From positions 57,908,001 through 57,972,000 of the forward strand of contig NC_043008.1 in assembly GCF_006345805.1 (NCBI RefSeq): 64,000 bases of DNA. The letters are read 5' to 3'. The stretch is from Octopus sinensis. Lineage: Eukaryota. Within the stretch, counting starts at the first letter, position 1. Every line of letters begins with the position of its first letter. The notes below the pieces were generated by a model, which ran no database searches, was not told the origin of the DNA, and saw only the letters and a list, made by a program, of their open reading frames with translations. This document shows positions 40,600 through 53,367 of the stretch, in pieces. The translations under genes and the position numbers were made by a program.

Positions 40600-41571
40600 T
40601 GTATGTATGTATGTACGTATGTACGTATGTCTTTATGTATGTATGTATGTATGTATGTAGTATGTATATATGTATGTATGATGTATGTATGTATGTATGT
40701 ATGTATGTATGATGTATGTATGTATGTATGTATGTATGTATGTATGCATGCGTGTAGTGCCTATGTTATTATATATATATATATATATATATATATTCAG
40801 TAGCTTGCATTGCTATATCTATGTATTCCAGTCTTACTGTTTGTATATATACATGACACGTGAGTGATTATATGGTTGGTGTATATTTATACGATGACGA
40901 CGTCTCTGTGGCTTGCTTCTGTTTAACCCTTGGTCATCTTTGGTTAAATAGACTTATGATGAAAAGCGTTCCAACCATGATCGTCATGCCTTTATTTATT
41001 AGGTATCGTGTGTACGTGTGCCGAATACGATATTATCTAATGTTGTCTTAGATATTGGTTTGTATAAGACAGCAAGGTGGGATTTAAGGACAATTTAGCT
41101 GCTATTTCTAGCAGCCCCAGATACCATGTAGAAGCTGTTGCTTTTGTACGTGTTAATCTATGTATCTGTGTTTATATTATTGCATGTGTATGTTTATGTA
41201 TTCATATTAATGCGTGTGTGTCTGTGCTTACATTATTTTCTGTGTGTCTATACCATTGTATGTATATATACACACACAAACATATATATATACATATATA
41301 CGTATGTGTACGTATACAGATACATGCACCCGTGCGCGCGTGTATATATGTGCATAATAATCATTTCCACTATAGGCATAAGGCCTGATATCTGTGGGGA
41401 GGGGATCAGTCGATTGCATCGACCCCAGTGTATCACTGGTACTTAATTTATCGACCCCCCGAAAGGATGAAAGGCAAAGTCGATCTCGACGAAATTTGAA
41501 CTCAGAACCACACGCATGCACACACACACAGACACATGCACACACATATAAAGTGTGTGTGAGAAATAGAG

Positions 41572-41615
<44 letters not shown>

Positions 41616-41875
41616 TGAGAGAGCGTGCGTGTGTGTGTGCACGCGCTTGTGTGCGTGGTGTGTGTGTGTGTTTATATTAATATACATACATTAGGGTGGT
41701 AGGTAGCACCATCAGTAGAATGTCAAAATTAAATTTCTTACAGTAATTCGTAACATTCTTATAAATTTCGAGTTCGAATCCAGTCCATGTTGATTTTCCT
41801 CTTCATTTCTTGTATCGATAGCAATGTACACGTAACTTAAATTTGGTGGCTCTGAGACTAATTTAAAAAGACCAC

Positions 41876-41948
<73 letters not shown>

Positions 41949-42119
41949 ATGTGTGGAGGGTGTTTATACACTCATATATTTACCTATATCTTCTACACAT
42001 ACACGTATATATAATTTACCCAGTGCAAATTGGATCTATAATACTGTATATTTTAATTAATCTATGTGTATGTATATATATATGTGATATACGTTTTTGT
42101 GCATGTAGATATTACTCAT

Positions 42120-42151
<32 letters not shown>

Positions 42152-42237
42152 TCGTCATCGTCATCATCATCATCACATCATCATCATCATCATCATCATC
42201 ATCATTATCATCATTATCGTCATAATCATCATCGTCA

Positions 42238-42720
42238 TCAGCCTCATTTAACATCTGCTTTCTGTGCCGGCATGAATTGGACATTTCGAGAGGAGCTGGC
42301 AAACCAGAAAGCTGCATCAGGCTCCATTTGTTTGTTTTGGTATTATTTCTACGGTTTGATGCCCTTCCTAATGCCAACCACTTTACAGAGTGTACTGGGT
42401 GCTTTTACCTGGTACCAACACAGGCGCTTTTAATCTGGCACCAGCACCAGTAGGGTTGCCGATTAGCTTGCATGACAAAGACCTCTCAGCTGAGAGGAGA
42501 AGTGGAGCCGAGGGAAGTGGTTATGCACCATATGAGAGGTAGGGTACGATAGGGGGACAGAGATAGTTGTCTTACTACAGAGGAGATACTTGGTCACCCC
42601 GGTAGGCTCAAGAAGGGGAGGAAGGGAAGAGGGAGTTAGAGAGACAGAGTGGGAGAGTGAGAGAAAGCGAGAGAGAGAGAAATAGATGGTGCTGGGGAGA
42701 TGTTTAAAGATGGGGTAGAC
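42238..42720 (-). mobile_element. SINE family C (RTE-like 3' tail), degenerate
   Basis: GATGCCCTTCCTAATGCCAACC motif; (CAT)n tail adjacent at 42115-42240. Confidence 0.65.
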
Positions 42721-42744
42721 ATATGTTCTTTACTACTCTAGGCA

Positions 42745-43125
42745 CAAGGCTCGAAATTTTTAGGGAAGGAGGCCATCGATTAGATCGACCCCAGTACGCA
42801 ACTGGCACTTAATTTATCGACCCTGAGAAGATGAAAGGCAAAGTCGACCTCGGCGGTATTTGAACTCAGAACTTAAAGACAGGCGAAATACTGCTGAGCA
42901 TTTTGCCCGGCGTGCTAACGTTTCTGCCAGCTCGCCGCCTTTGTGTGTATAAATGCTTGGCGGCATTTCTTCCGTCTTTACGTTCTTAGTTCAAATTCCG
43001 CCGAGGTCGACTTTGCCTTTCAACCTTCCGGGGTCGATAAAACAAAGTACCAGTTGAGCCCTGGTGTCTATGTCATCGTCTTAGCCCCTCCCCCAAAATT
43101 GCTGGCCTTTTGCCATAATATAAAA
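42745..43125. mobile_element. Two SINE family B copies in opposite orientation
   Basis: 42745-42941 (-) and about 42950-43125 (+), head to head. Confidence 0.8.
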
Positions 43126-43594
43126 CCCAAATTTACACACACACACACGAGTGCCTTTGATTGTGTCTGTATATAGTGTTTACGTGGTTATATATACCTC
43201 CACAGATGCGTATATAGATGTATACAGAAACATAACTATATGCATGAGTTTATGGTGATATCACAGTTTGAATAATGTTTGTATTGGTGTGTTTATATGT
43301 TTGTTATGTTTGGGTTTTGCTTATATTGGCTCTTACATACTCGTGTATATGTGATTGTAGCTGTTGTTATTTTTACCCTCCAGTCATCCTTGACTGAGCA
43401 AGCTTTTGATCAAAAGCGTTTCATCCGTGACTATTCGTGTTTGTGCTTTTATATTTTTAGGACTACATTACCAGGGGCTATGATTTGAGGAATTTTAACT
43501 GCTGTTTCCAGCAGGTCGTGTCACTAAGTCCATTGTAATTGATTTGTTTTTTGAATATATTGGGTATGATAATTTATGAATGTGTTTGTCTCTG

Positions 43595-43662
<68 letters not shown>

Positions 43663-43675
43663 GTCTATCTGTCTA

Positions 43676-43719
<44 letters not shown>

Positions 43720-43742
43720 CCTACCTGTCTATCTATCTATCA

Positions 43743-43809
<67 letters not shown>

Positions 43810-44109
43810 ATCTATCTATATTATTATTATTCCTGTATGTGTGTATATAAAGAAGACAAGAAAATAGAAAGATAATTAATAATTATTTATCAATTAAAAA
43901 ATTATACAAAATCTCTGACAGCTGTATATACATACATAACTGCATACCTACCCCCACGCGCACACACACACACACACACGCACACACACACACACATTAC
44001 TTACTTGGTTTCACCCAGGGGCCTTGGCCATGCTGGGAGACCACAGTTAGTGTGATTGTTATTTTATTTCAACTCACTTCTAGAGCCCTCTTTCTGTATG
44101 TGATTCTGG

Positions 44110-44822
44110 TAAATCAGTGAGTTAGACAACACTGCTCTTATTTGCACTTCTTGCCTTGATATGGCTCCATATGGTATTTCTCATAAAAATTTGTCTAACT
44201 GTTCTTCGAACACATCCACATTTATGTCTTTTACATCTCTGCAGTTTTTAGCAAGGAATTGGAAAGCTGTGTACTCTGAACTCTTAGCTTTTACAGTATT
44301 GGGTCCTTACTCTAAATGGAAACAGTGGGATCTTTGGTACTATAAAGTGGTCCTTACTCTAAATGGAAATGGTGGGATCTTTGGTACTATAAAGTGGTCC
44401 TTACTCTAAATGGAAACAGTGGGATCTTTGGTACTATAAAGTGGTCCTTACTCTAAATGGAAACAGTGGGATCTTTGGTACTATAAAGTGGTCCTTACTC
44501 TAAATGGAAACAGTGGGATCTTTGGTACTATAAAGTGGTCCTTACTCTAAATGGAAACAGTGGGATCTTTGGTACTATAAAGTGGTCCTTACTCTAAATG
44601 AAAATGGTGGGATCTTTGGTACTATAAAGTGGTCCTTACTCTAAATGGAAACAGTGGGATCTTTGATACTATAAAGTGGTGTCCATATTGGAGTTTGGTA
44701 TAGCATTCAATCTCAAAATTAGGTGCGAGAATCTCCTGGATCATCCAAAATATATATGACTGCATAACTACTTTTGTGCCTCTTCTCTTGGGAGTAGAAC
44801 CTCAATTCTTTTAGCCTCTCAC
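44110..44822 (-). mobile_element. CR1/L2-type LINE 3' remnant
   Basis: Minus-strand peptide remnants ERLKELRFYSQE..R...YAVIYI...PNFEIECY...HFIVPKIP...FQFLAKNCRDVKDINVDVFEEQLDKFL.EIP...RAVLSNSL resemble CR1-clade ORF2 C-termini. Confidence 0.65.
44308..44680. repeat. 47-bp minisatellite, 8 units
   Basis: Unit TACTCTAAATGGAAACAGTGGGATCTTTGGTACTATAAAGTGGTCCT starts at 44308, 44355, ... 44637; units 2 and 7 carry the AAATGG variant. Confidence 0.95.
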
Positions 44823-44867
44823 AGTAACTCATCTGCTGCACCAAGGCAATGTCCTTGGTGCAGCAGT

Positions 44868-45310
44868 GTTGGATTGCTTTGAGCTTTGCTGTTAGTTTGA
44901 TGTTTTATTGTTGTTGTTATTTGTTCCTTCTTGAGCCATGCCTGGCTCAGAAGGGCTGGTTTCCCGGTCTCATTGGCATGTAGGTTCCCCACCTGGATGG
45001 GACACTGGTCCATTGCAGGTGAGCTGCTAGATGCAGAGGTAAAGAGTGAGAGAAAGTTGTGGTGAAAGAGTCAGCAGCAGTTTGCCATTACCTTCTGCCA
45101 AGCTGCAACATTCTCTCACTCTTTCCTCCTGCATCTTGCAGCTCACCTGCAATGGACCGGCATCCCATCCAGGTGGGGAACCTACATGCCAATAAAACCA
45201 GGAAACTAGCCCTTATGAGCCATGGATGGATCAAGAAGGAACAAACAACAATAACAACAAGAATAACAACAAAGCATCAAACTAACAGCAAAACTGAAAG
45301 CAATCCAAGT
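44868..45310. repeat. Imperfect inverted repeat of SINE-D 3' part plus flank
   Basis: 44868-45055 versus 45100-45310, visibly diverged arms. Confidence 0.75.
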
Positions 45311-46277
45311 GTTTTGCTCATAAACACACACATCGGCCGGTCTGAGATTCGAACCCATGATCCCTCGACCACGAGTCTGCTGCTCTATCCACTAGGCCAT
45401 GTGCCTCCACTAGTTTGATGCTTTGTGGCAACCAGAATTATACTGTGTAGCATGAATTTTTGTCCTTGGGTAGCAACTGTTATTTCCTATTTGCTAACCC
45501 TTTGGAAGTATGAAAAATGGTTAATATTTCCGTCAAACTTTGAGGCAGTGAGCTTGGAGAATTGTTAGCACACCAAGGGAAATGCTTAGTGGCATTTCAA
45601 CTGTCTTTATGTTCTGGGTTTAAATTCCACTGAGGTCAGCTTTGCCTTTCATCCTTTCGGGGTCAATAAAATAAGTACCAGTTGAGCACTGGGGCCAATG
45701 TAATCAATTTACCCATTATCCTGAAATTGCTGGCCTTGTGCCAAAATTTTGGAACCAATATTTCCTTCAAACTTTGCTTTTGTTACATTTATTCAAACCC
45801 CAAAGGATCCTTCTCAACACATGGCTATGATATTCCCCCACTTCTCCTGCTCATGATCAGAGATGTACATAGTCAGCCACTAAGGGACATGCTCAAATGA
45901 TTAAGGTCAAGCAACTGTAAAGCAAATCTCTGGTATTGAGCAGAATATTTGCTACAACAATATTTCTGCTTCAGCAACTCAGCTCTGAATCTGTCTGAAA
46001 TGTAATGCAAAGTAGGTCAGTTTCAAGGCATTGGTGTCTCGGTCACAAAAGCAAATTTTGAAGGGAATAGTAGTCGTTTCCTTTGATTTCTAGATAGAAG
46101 CAAATAAGAAATAACACTTACAGACCAAAGACAAAAACCAAAAAAAGAAAATTGAAATTTTGTTGCCTGTGTGGTAAGTAGCTTGCTTACCAACCACATG
46201 GTTCCTGGTTCAGTCCCACTGTCTAACTCTTCCCTTTTTCAAAAGTTATGCAGGCCATCATCTACTTTCTCCAACTA

Positions 46278-46799
46278 CTGTAAATCCTCAAGTATAGTCC
46301 GCCCTTGAGTATAATACGCAAGGGATTTTTAGGGGGCTGTACCTGTGAAAAACCTAAACCTTGTGTATAATACGCACCCCTTCTCTAACTTGAGTCGTGC
46401 GTAATTAAGCCAGCAACACCTAGTCGAACACACACTTCCGCACATGCGTAATACAATAATGGTGATGTTCTTAACTGTTATATGGGAATGTAAATATGTT
46501 TGCAAATTGTTTTTGTTACATGTTATTCTGTGTTCTGAATACTTTTATTTTAATAAATGTTGCTTACTGCAAGTTATAGATGATTCTTTTATGACTTCAT
46601 TGCTTTCAGACTTAGCTTAAGGTATTTTCGCGCCTGACATCACAAAATGTGTCTGAATAAACATTGCTGGACAGCCAATAGAGACTTGGACATTGCTTAG
46701 AAGATATTTTTCATTTTTAACTTCGTATATAGTACGCACTAGGGATTTTGACCTTTAAATTTTGGGAAAAAAATGTGGATTATACTCGAGGATTTACAG
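46278..46799. mobile_element. pogo/Tigger-like non-autonomous DNA transposon
   Basis: TA|CTGTAAATCCTCAAGTATAGTCC ... GGATTATACTCGAGGATTTACAG|TA. Confidence 0.85.
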
Positions 46800-47114
46800 T
46801 ATACTAAAGGCTTTCTGTGGTGAACTTTATATATAAGTGTGTGTGTGTATGTGTGTGATTGTAATATCTGTGTGTGCATTTTTGGGAGTTGTGTGTATAT
46901 ATGCATGTTTTTGTCGTACAAACTGGAGAAAGAGAACCCAGTATATAAATAATAAAAAGACTTGCTAATATGAACACATACATACATCTCCAAACACACA
47001 TGCACACACATTCATACATTTGGAAAAACATGATATGTTACAGGATCTACTAAATGTATGATGACAATATAGATACTGCTGAGCATGTCCCGTAAGTTCA
47101 CCTATTACTTTGCT

Positions 47115-47516
47115 ACCCACAAGGGGCTAAACACAGAGAGGACAAACAAGGACAGACAAATGGATTAAGTCGACTATATAGACCCTAATGCGTAACTGGT
47201 ACTTAATTTATTGACCTCGAAAGGATGAAAGGCAAAGTCAACCTCGGCGGAATTTGGACTCAGAACATAGTGGCAGACGAAATACCTATTTCTTTACTGC
47301 CCACAAGGGGATAAACACAGACAGGACAAACAAGGACAGACAAAGGAATTAATCAATTATATCGATCCCAGTGCATAACTGGTACTTATTTAATCGACTC
47401 CGAAAGGATGAAAGGCAAAGTCGACCTCGGTGAAATTTGAACTCAGAATGTAGCAGCAGACGAAATACTGCTAAGCTTTTCGCCCGGCATGCTAACGTTT
47501 CTGTCAGCTCATCACC
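47115..47516 (-). mobile_element. SINE family B, tandem double-body copy
   Basis: Same arrangement as 23545-23982. Confidence 0.85.
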
Positions 47517-47758
47517 AATTCACCGCTGGGAAAGCTCATAGGAATTTTCACGGCAATCCCCAATTACACATTTTGATGTCCATTACTGTCATTTGATTTC
47601 AATAATACAGTTTTTAACTATTAATGGTGAGATACTTTGGATATATTTTCTTGGTGAAATTTTCTTGCAGTGAACTCTCCTGAAATGAATTGATGGTGGT
47701 GAACTTATCTGCAACCATTACTGAGTGTGAGCAAGCCACTTTGTGAGGGTTCTGTTAA

Positions 47759-47964
47759 CCCTTTCGTTACCAACCCATCTGAAACTGGCTCTGGCACTTG
47801 TTTTCATAAGTTCTGAATTAAAATCTTCCACCAAACCTTAGTCACAATTTATGTTCCTAACACTAGCTTAATGATAACTAAGTCATTTTCTTAAATTCTT
47901 TGTTATATTTTAAGTAATTGAAAGAAACACAGAGCATCTCAAAATAAATACAGTAACGAAAGGG
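47759..47964. mobile_element. piggyBac-type MITE
   Basis: TTAA|CCCTTTCGTTAC ... GTAACGAAAGGG|TTAA, 206 bp. Confidence 0.9.
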
Positions 47965-48125
47965 TTAAGTTATGAGGGCTATGCTCTCTGGACATTATCA
48001 ACAAAGCACCTTCATCTTCTGCTATGTAAACTGACTGAGGAACCAGCTGGCATTAATGAGTGCCTGTGTTACTCCTATTTCCCTTGCAGAGAGCTGTTGT
48101 GTCATGTCACAATACTATTTGGTAG

Positions 48126-48360
48126 TATGGCGGCAAGCTGGCAGAATCATTAGCATGCCAGGCGAAATGCTTGGTGGTATTTCGTCTGCTGTTATGTTCT
48201 GAGTTCAAATTCTGCTGAGGTCAACTTTGCCTTTCATCCTTTTGGGCTCGATTAAATAAGTACCAGTTGTACACTTGGACTGATGTAATTGACTTAATCC
48301 CTTTGTCTGTCCTTGTTTGTCCCCTCTATGTTTAGCCCCTTGTGGGCAATAAAGAAATAA
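48126..48360 (+). mobile_element. SINE family B
   Basis: GGCGGCAAGCTGGCAGAATC head to GTGGGCAATAAAGAAATA tail. Confidence 0.85.
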
Positions 48361-48484
48361 AAACTATTTGGTAGTTTGAAAAAAGGCCACTTCTCTCAGG
48401 CATTAGATCAGGTACAAATTAAAAATACTAAAAGAAGGCAAGGCCATCATAATGGTTTATTTTAATACAAAAGGAATGATAAAA

Positions 48485-49240
48485 GTTGGGAGCAAGTGAT
48501 CAGGATCTGTGGTGTTGGAAAACTAACAGTAAGGGCTCCCGTCTTTTTTCCTTTGTATGAAGAAAATATGATCTCATCCTTATTAGCACCATCTTCCAGT
48601 AAAAAAATAAGATACAATTCATGAAAGCACCCCAGATCCACAAAGCGGTATCTTATTGACTACATCCTGGCTAGGCAGCTAGAGCTCAAAGATGTTTCGT
48701 TCACTTGTGCAATGAAGTGGGGTTGAATGTCAGATAGATCATTGCCTGATATTAATGAAGTTCAGACTGAAAATGTTCCTTTTATGACAGTAAAGAACAC
48801 AAACATCAAGTAGCTTAATTGGTGCATGTTCTCCTCTCTCCTCACTTCCCCTTTCTCCCCCTTTCACCTTCCCAACATCTCCTACCATGTTACTCTGTTG
48901 TCTCTCTGTATTAGACCACAGCTATGTTGCCTGGGATACACCAACACATTATTACACTTTCAGTGTTTGGAATAGCATTTGTCAATCTTTTACTGCCAAA
49001 CTGAATGTGTCAGAGACTCTTCGCTTCAGAGGCCAGCATGAATGACAAATCATCTTCTTTAAGTTCTTAAGTTCTTTGATCTATAATTCTGCTGCCAAAA
49101 CTATTGGATCCAAAGAGAAAAAAAAACTCAACTAAGACTCATTTGATGAGGTCTCCCACAGAATCAGTAATCTCTTGAATGATATGCACAAGGTCAATAG
49201 AAAGCGACTTTATTAAATTCTTCATCACACACTTTTTAAA
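48485..49240 (+). mobile_element. Decayed RTE-type LINE, AP-endonuclease and linker region
   Basis: Frameshifted remnants GVGK.NS.G...EENDL...TIFQ, IDYILA...KDV, DH.LI.MKFRL and YNSAAKTIG...FDE. Confidence 0.6.
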
Positions 49241-49319
49241 AGTCCCTTTCTCTAAAATTACTGGCCTGGGGCCAAAATTGAAATCATTGTTATTTAGGGT
49301 GGAAGTCAGCAGAATCTTT

Positions 49320-49729
49320 AGGCGCAGGAGTGGCTGTGTGGTAATTCGCTTGTTTACCAACCACATGGTTCTGGGTTCAGTCCCACTGCATGGCACCTTG
49401 GGCAAGTGTCGTCTACTATAGCCTCGGGCCAAGCAAAGCCTTGTGAGTGGATTTGGTAGACGGAAACTGAAAGAAGCCCGTCGTATATATGTATATATAT
49501 GTATATATATGTGTGCGTGTGCATATGTTTGTGTGTCCCACTAGCATTGCTTGACAACCGATGCTGGTGTGTTTATGCCCCCGTCACTTAGCGGTTCGGC
49601 AAAAGAGACCGATAGAATAAGTACTGGGGTTACAAAGAATAAGTCCCGGGGTCGAGTTGCTCGATTAAAGGCAGTGCTCCAGCATGGCCGCAGTCAAATG
49701 ACTGAAACAAGTAAAAGTAAAAGAGAGTA
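49320..49729 (+). mobile_element. SINE family A, full length
   Basis: AGGCGCAGGAGTGGCTGTGTGG (A box), GGTTCAGTCCC (B box), CORE-like segment, internal (TA/TG)n, tail. Confidence 0.9.
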
Positions 49730-50271
49730 TGCTGGGTAAAATTCTTAGTCTGTTTTTATGTTTTGGGTTCAAATACCACTGGGGTCAACTTTGCCATTTG
49801 TCCTTTGGAGTCGATAAAATAAGTACCAGTTGAGTACTGGGGGTTAGCTATTCAACTTGTCCCTCCCCTGAAATTACTGGCCTGTGACAAAACTTGAAAG
49901 CAATATGATTGTAAACATCATCGTCATTGTCATTTAATGCCTGTTTTTCGTGCTGGCATGTGTTGTTGGATGGTTTGACTGGATCTAGCAAGCCACAGGG
50001 CTGCACTGAATTTCAGTGTCAGATTTGGCAGGGTTTCTATGGCTGGGTACTCTTCCCAATGCCAACTGTTTTACAGGATTACTTGAGGATGCCAAGTAAA
50101 TTGCAAGACAGAAAAAAAGCAGAGGGTAAGAGGAAAAGGGAACAGCTCCTTCTACTAAGTGATGGTGATGGCGGTGGAGGAAGTATTTGGGGGTCGAGGA
50201 GGTGGCTTTATACCAAGTATTGAAAGGCTAAAGTATGACAGAGGGGCATGCATAGATGTATGTCTCTAGAG

Positions 50272-50448
50272 CAGTGGTTTTCAACCAGGGTTCCGCAAGA
50301 AGTTACAAAACTGCTAAAATCGGCAGTAATTTTTAATTCTCCTGTGCAGATATGTGTGCATAAGACTATTAAATTATTGCATGGGTTCCTCGAGCCAGTG
50401 GAATGTTTCCTTGGGGTTCCGCTCCAGCAAAAAGTTTGAAAAGCACTG
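50272..50448. mobile_element. hAT (Charlie-like) MITE
   Basis: TIRs CAGTGGTTTTCAAC / TTTGAAAAGCACTG with a perfect 8-bp TSD CTCTAGAG at 50264-50271 and 50449-50456. Confidence 0.92.
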
Positions 50449-50629
50449 CTCTAGAGGATATGCATCACTACCACAAATTATACAGGTGGGAGTGGGAGTA
50501 GCTGGGAAGGAGATGAAACTGGTAGTGGTGGAGATCCAGAGAAGACTCTCAAGGTACAGGAAGGGGAGCATGAGAGAGGATACAGGCAGTGGGTTAGAGG
50601 AGAGGAGGAGACAGTGGGTACCTTTGTAA

Positions 50630-50852
50630 ATATCGATTTAAAATTTTGGCACAAGACCAGCAATTTTGGTGGAAGGGATAAGTCAATTACTTTGACCCCT
50701 AGTGCATAACTGGTATATATATATTTTATTGACTCTGAAAGAATGAAACGCAAAGTCAACAGCGGTGAAATTTGAACTCTGAGCATGAAGATGGATGAAA
50801 CGCTGCTAAGCATTTTGCCTGGCGTGCTAATGATTCTGCCAGCTTGCTGCCT
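50630..50852 (-). mobile_element. SINE family B
   Basis: Family-B body and head in reverse. Confidence 0.8.
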
Positions 50853-51014
50853 TCATCATCATCGTCGTCGTCGTCGTCGTCGTCGTCATCATCATCATCA
50901 TCATCATCACCACCACAACCACCACCACCACTACCATCATCATCATCATCATCATAATCAACATCACCACCACCACCACCACCATCATCATCATTATAAT
51001 CATCATCATCATCA

Positions 51015-51170
51015 TCATCATTTAACGTCTGTTTTCCATGCTGGCATGGGTTGGACGGTTTGACGACTGAAAACTGGTAAGCTGGGGAGCTGCACCAAGT
51101 TCCAACCCAATTTGGCAAGGTTTCTATGGCTGGATGCCCTTCCTAATGCCAACCACTCCTAGAGTGTAGT
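51015..51170 (-). mobile_element. SINE family C 3' part with (CAT)n tail at 50853-51020
   Basis: TTTAACGTCTGTTTTCCATGCTGGCATGGGTTGGACGG...GATGCCCTTCCTAATGCCAACC. Confidence 0.8.
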
Positions 51171-51174
51171 TATA

Positions 51175-51580
51175 TACTCTTTTACTCTTTACTCTTTTAT
51201 TTGTTTCTGTCGTTTGACTGCGGACATGCTGGAGCACTGCCTTTAGTCAAACAAATCAACCCCAGGACTTATTCTTTGTAAGCCTAGTACTTATTCTCTC
51301 AGTCTCTTTTCCTGAACTGCTAAGTTACGGGGACGTAAACACACCAGCATCGGTTGTCAAGTGATGGTGGGGTGGGGGACATACACAGATACACTAACAT
51401 TCTCTTTCTCACACCTACGATGGGCTTTTTTCAGTTTCCATCTACCAAATCCACTCACAAGGGTTTGGTCAATTTGAGGCTAAAGTAGAAAACACTTGCC
51501 CAAGGTGCCTTGCAGTGGGACTGAACCTGGAACCATGTGGCTGGTAAGCAAGGTGTTTACCACACACCCACTCCTGTGCT
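51175..51580 (-). mobile_element. SINE family A, full length, diverged
   Basis: Colinear with 17161-17575. Confidence 0.85.
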
Positions 51581-51959
51581 TATTTGTATATTTCAAAAAT
51601 TTTACTGCCCCAGCATGGCCACAGTCTAGTAACTGAAACAAGTAAAAAATAAAAGAAGATTAACTTTCATAAATACTGATTTCAGATTTTGGCACAAGGC
51701 CACAATTTAGGGTGAGTGGGTAAGTCGATTACATCGACCCCCCCCACAGATTCAGCTGGTACTTATTTTATCGGCCCTGAATGGAAGAAAGGCAAAGTTG
51801 ACCTTGGCGAATTTGAACTCAAAGTGTAGAGACGGATGAAATACTGCCAAGCATTTTGCCCAGCATGCTAACAATTCAGCCAGGTTGCCACCTTGACCTT
51901 TGTAAATATTGAAGGGAGAGAAAGTAAACAATGGTTAAAAGACGGGGGGGGGGTAGAAA

Positions 51960-51991
51960 ATGATGATGATGATGATGATACTGATGCTGCT

Positions 51992-52036
<45 letters not shown>

Positions 52037-52120
52037 GATGGTGATGATTGATGATAATGATGACGATGATGGTGATGATGATGGTGATGATGATGGCAAT
52101 GGTGATCATGATGGCAATGG

Positions 52121-52169
<49 letters not shown>

Positions 52170-53333
52170 AGCAGTGAGGGTGATGGTGAAGATCATGATA
52201 ATGATGATGACAATGATAATGGTGATGATTGATGACGACACCGACAACAACGATGATGATGGTGATGGTGATGATGATTATGATGATGACAATGGTGATA
52301 GTGGTGATGATGCTGATAATGATGATGGTGATGGTGATGGTGATGATCATGATAATGATGATGATGTTGATGATGATAACGATGATGACGATGGGTAGAG
52401 GAGGTATGGTTCATGGAAAATATCAGTATGGAAAGAGGGGTGGGTAAGGTGTGAAATAGAAATGGTTCAGGAAGCAGAATAGGTCAGAAGGATGGCAGGG
52501 GTGGGGGTTGATGTGCTTGGTGTAGGGGTGGTGAGTAGAAAGATCGGGTGGATGGGGTGGGGGTGGGGTAAATAAGGATGGCTGTTGTGAGTGGGGTGCG
52601 ATGACATATATGAGAAGGTGCAGGGAATGAATGAAAGCCAGATGTGTGAGGTGTTTAAATGGAATATGGCAGGAGACAGATCACCCTGCTTTTGAGAAGG
52701 TACAGAAGGGAGGGGTGAGGAATCAGTGAAATAGTGTGGGTGGGGGAAAGGGTGGATAATGGGGAGGAGACACTGGTGATACAAAGAAAGGAGGAGGAGG
52801 AGGAGAGGAGGAATATGTGTTGATATTGACGGCAAGTAATTACAGCTGTCAGGTAGTGCCATAGACAGTGGAGTGATGGAGGGCTAGGTTTTAGAGGAAT
52901 GAGATGTAGCGAAAGCTCAAGAAGGCAGAATGTGTTAACAATCGTAACCAGAATGCTTTTAGGACATCGTTTTTACTGAGGTGGATGGGTTTTCTCGAGC
53001 ATGGTGAATGACCAATCATCTTAGTCTTTTGTCATTTTCCTCTGTGAGGCTCTCAGCATCTTGAGATCAGCTTTCAGTAAATGTGTTTAATAATTTACCT
53101 TTTTTTATGTCAGAAACAACAATAAAGGATTTGATCGATATTCTTGCTTCCCCATTTTATATATTGTCACACGTCATCATCATCATCATCATCATCGTCA
53201 TCGTTGTCATTATCATCATCATAGTCATCATCATCATCATCATCATTGTCACTGCCATCATCATCATCATCATCATCATCATCATTGTTGCCATTGTCAT
53301 CATCATCATTATTGTTGTCGTCATCGTCACCAT

Positions 53334-53367
<34 letters not shown>

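Noticed and set aside
44308-44680. Regular 47-bp repeat as a CRISPR array
   Set aside because: Head-to-tail units with no unique spacers, inside a LINE remnant, in eukaryotic DNA.
45325-45410. tRNA gene (also the heads at 24250-24332, 49320-49390, 48126-48210)
   Set aside because: A/B boxes are present, but there is no acceptor stem or full cloverleaf and the heads run into SINE bodies.
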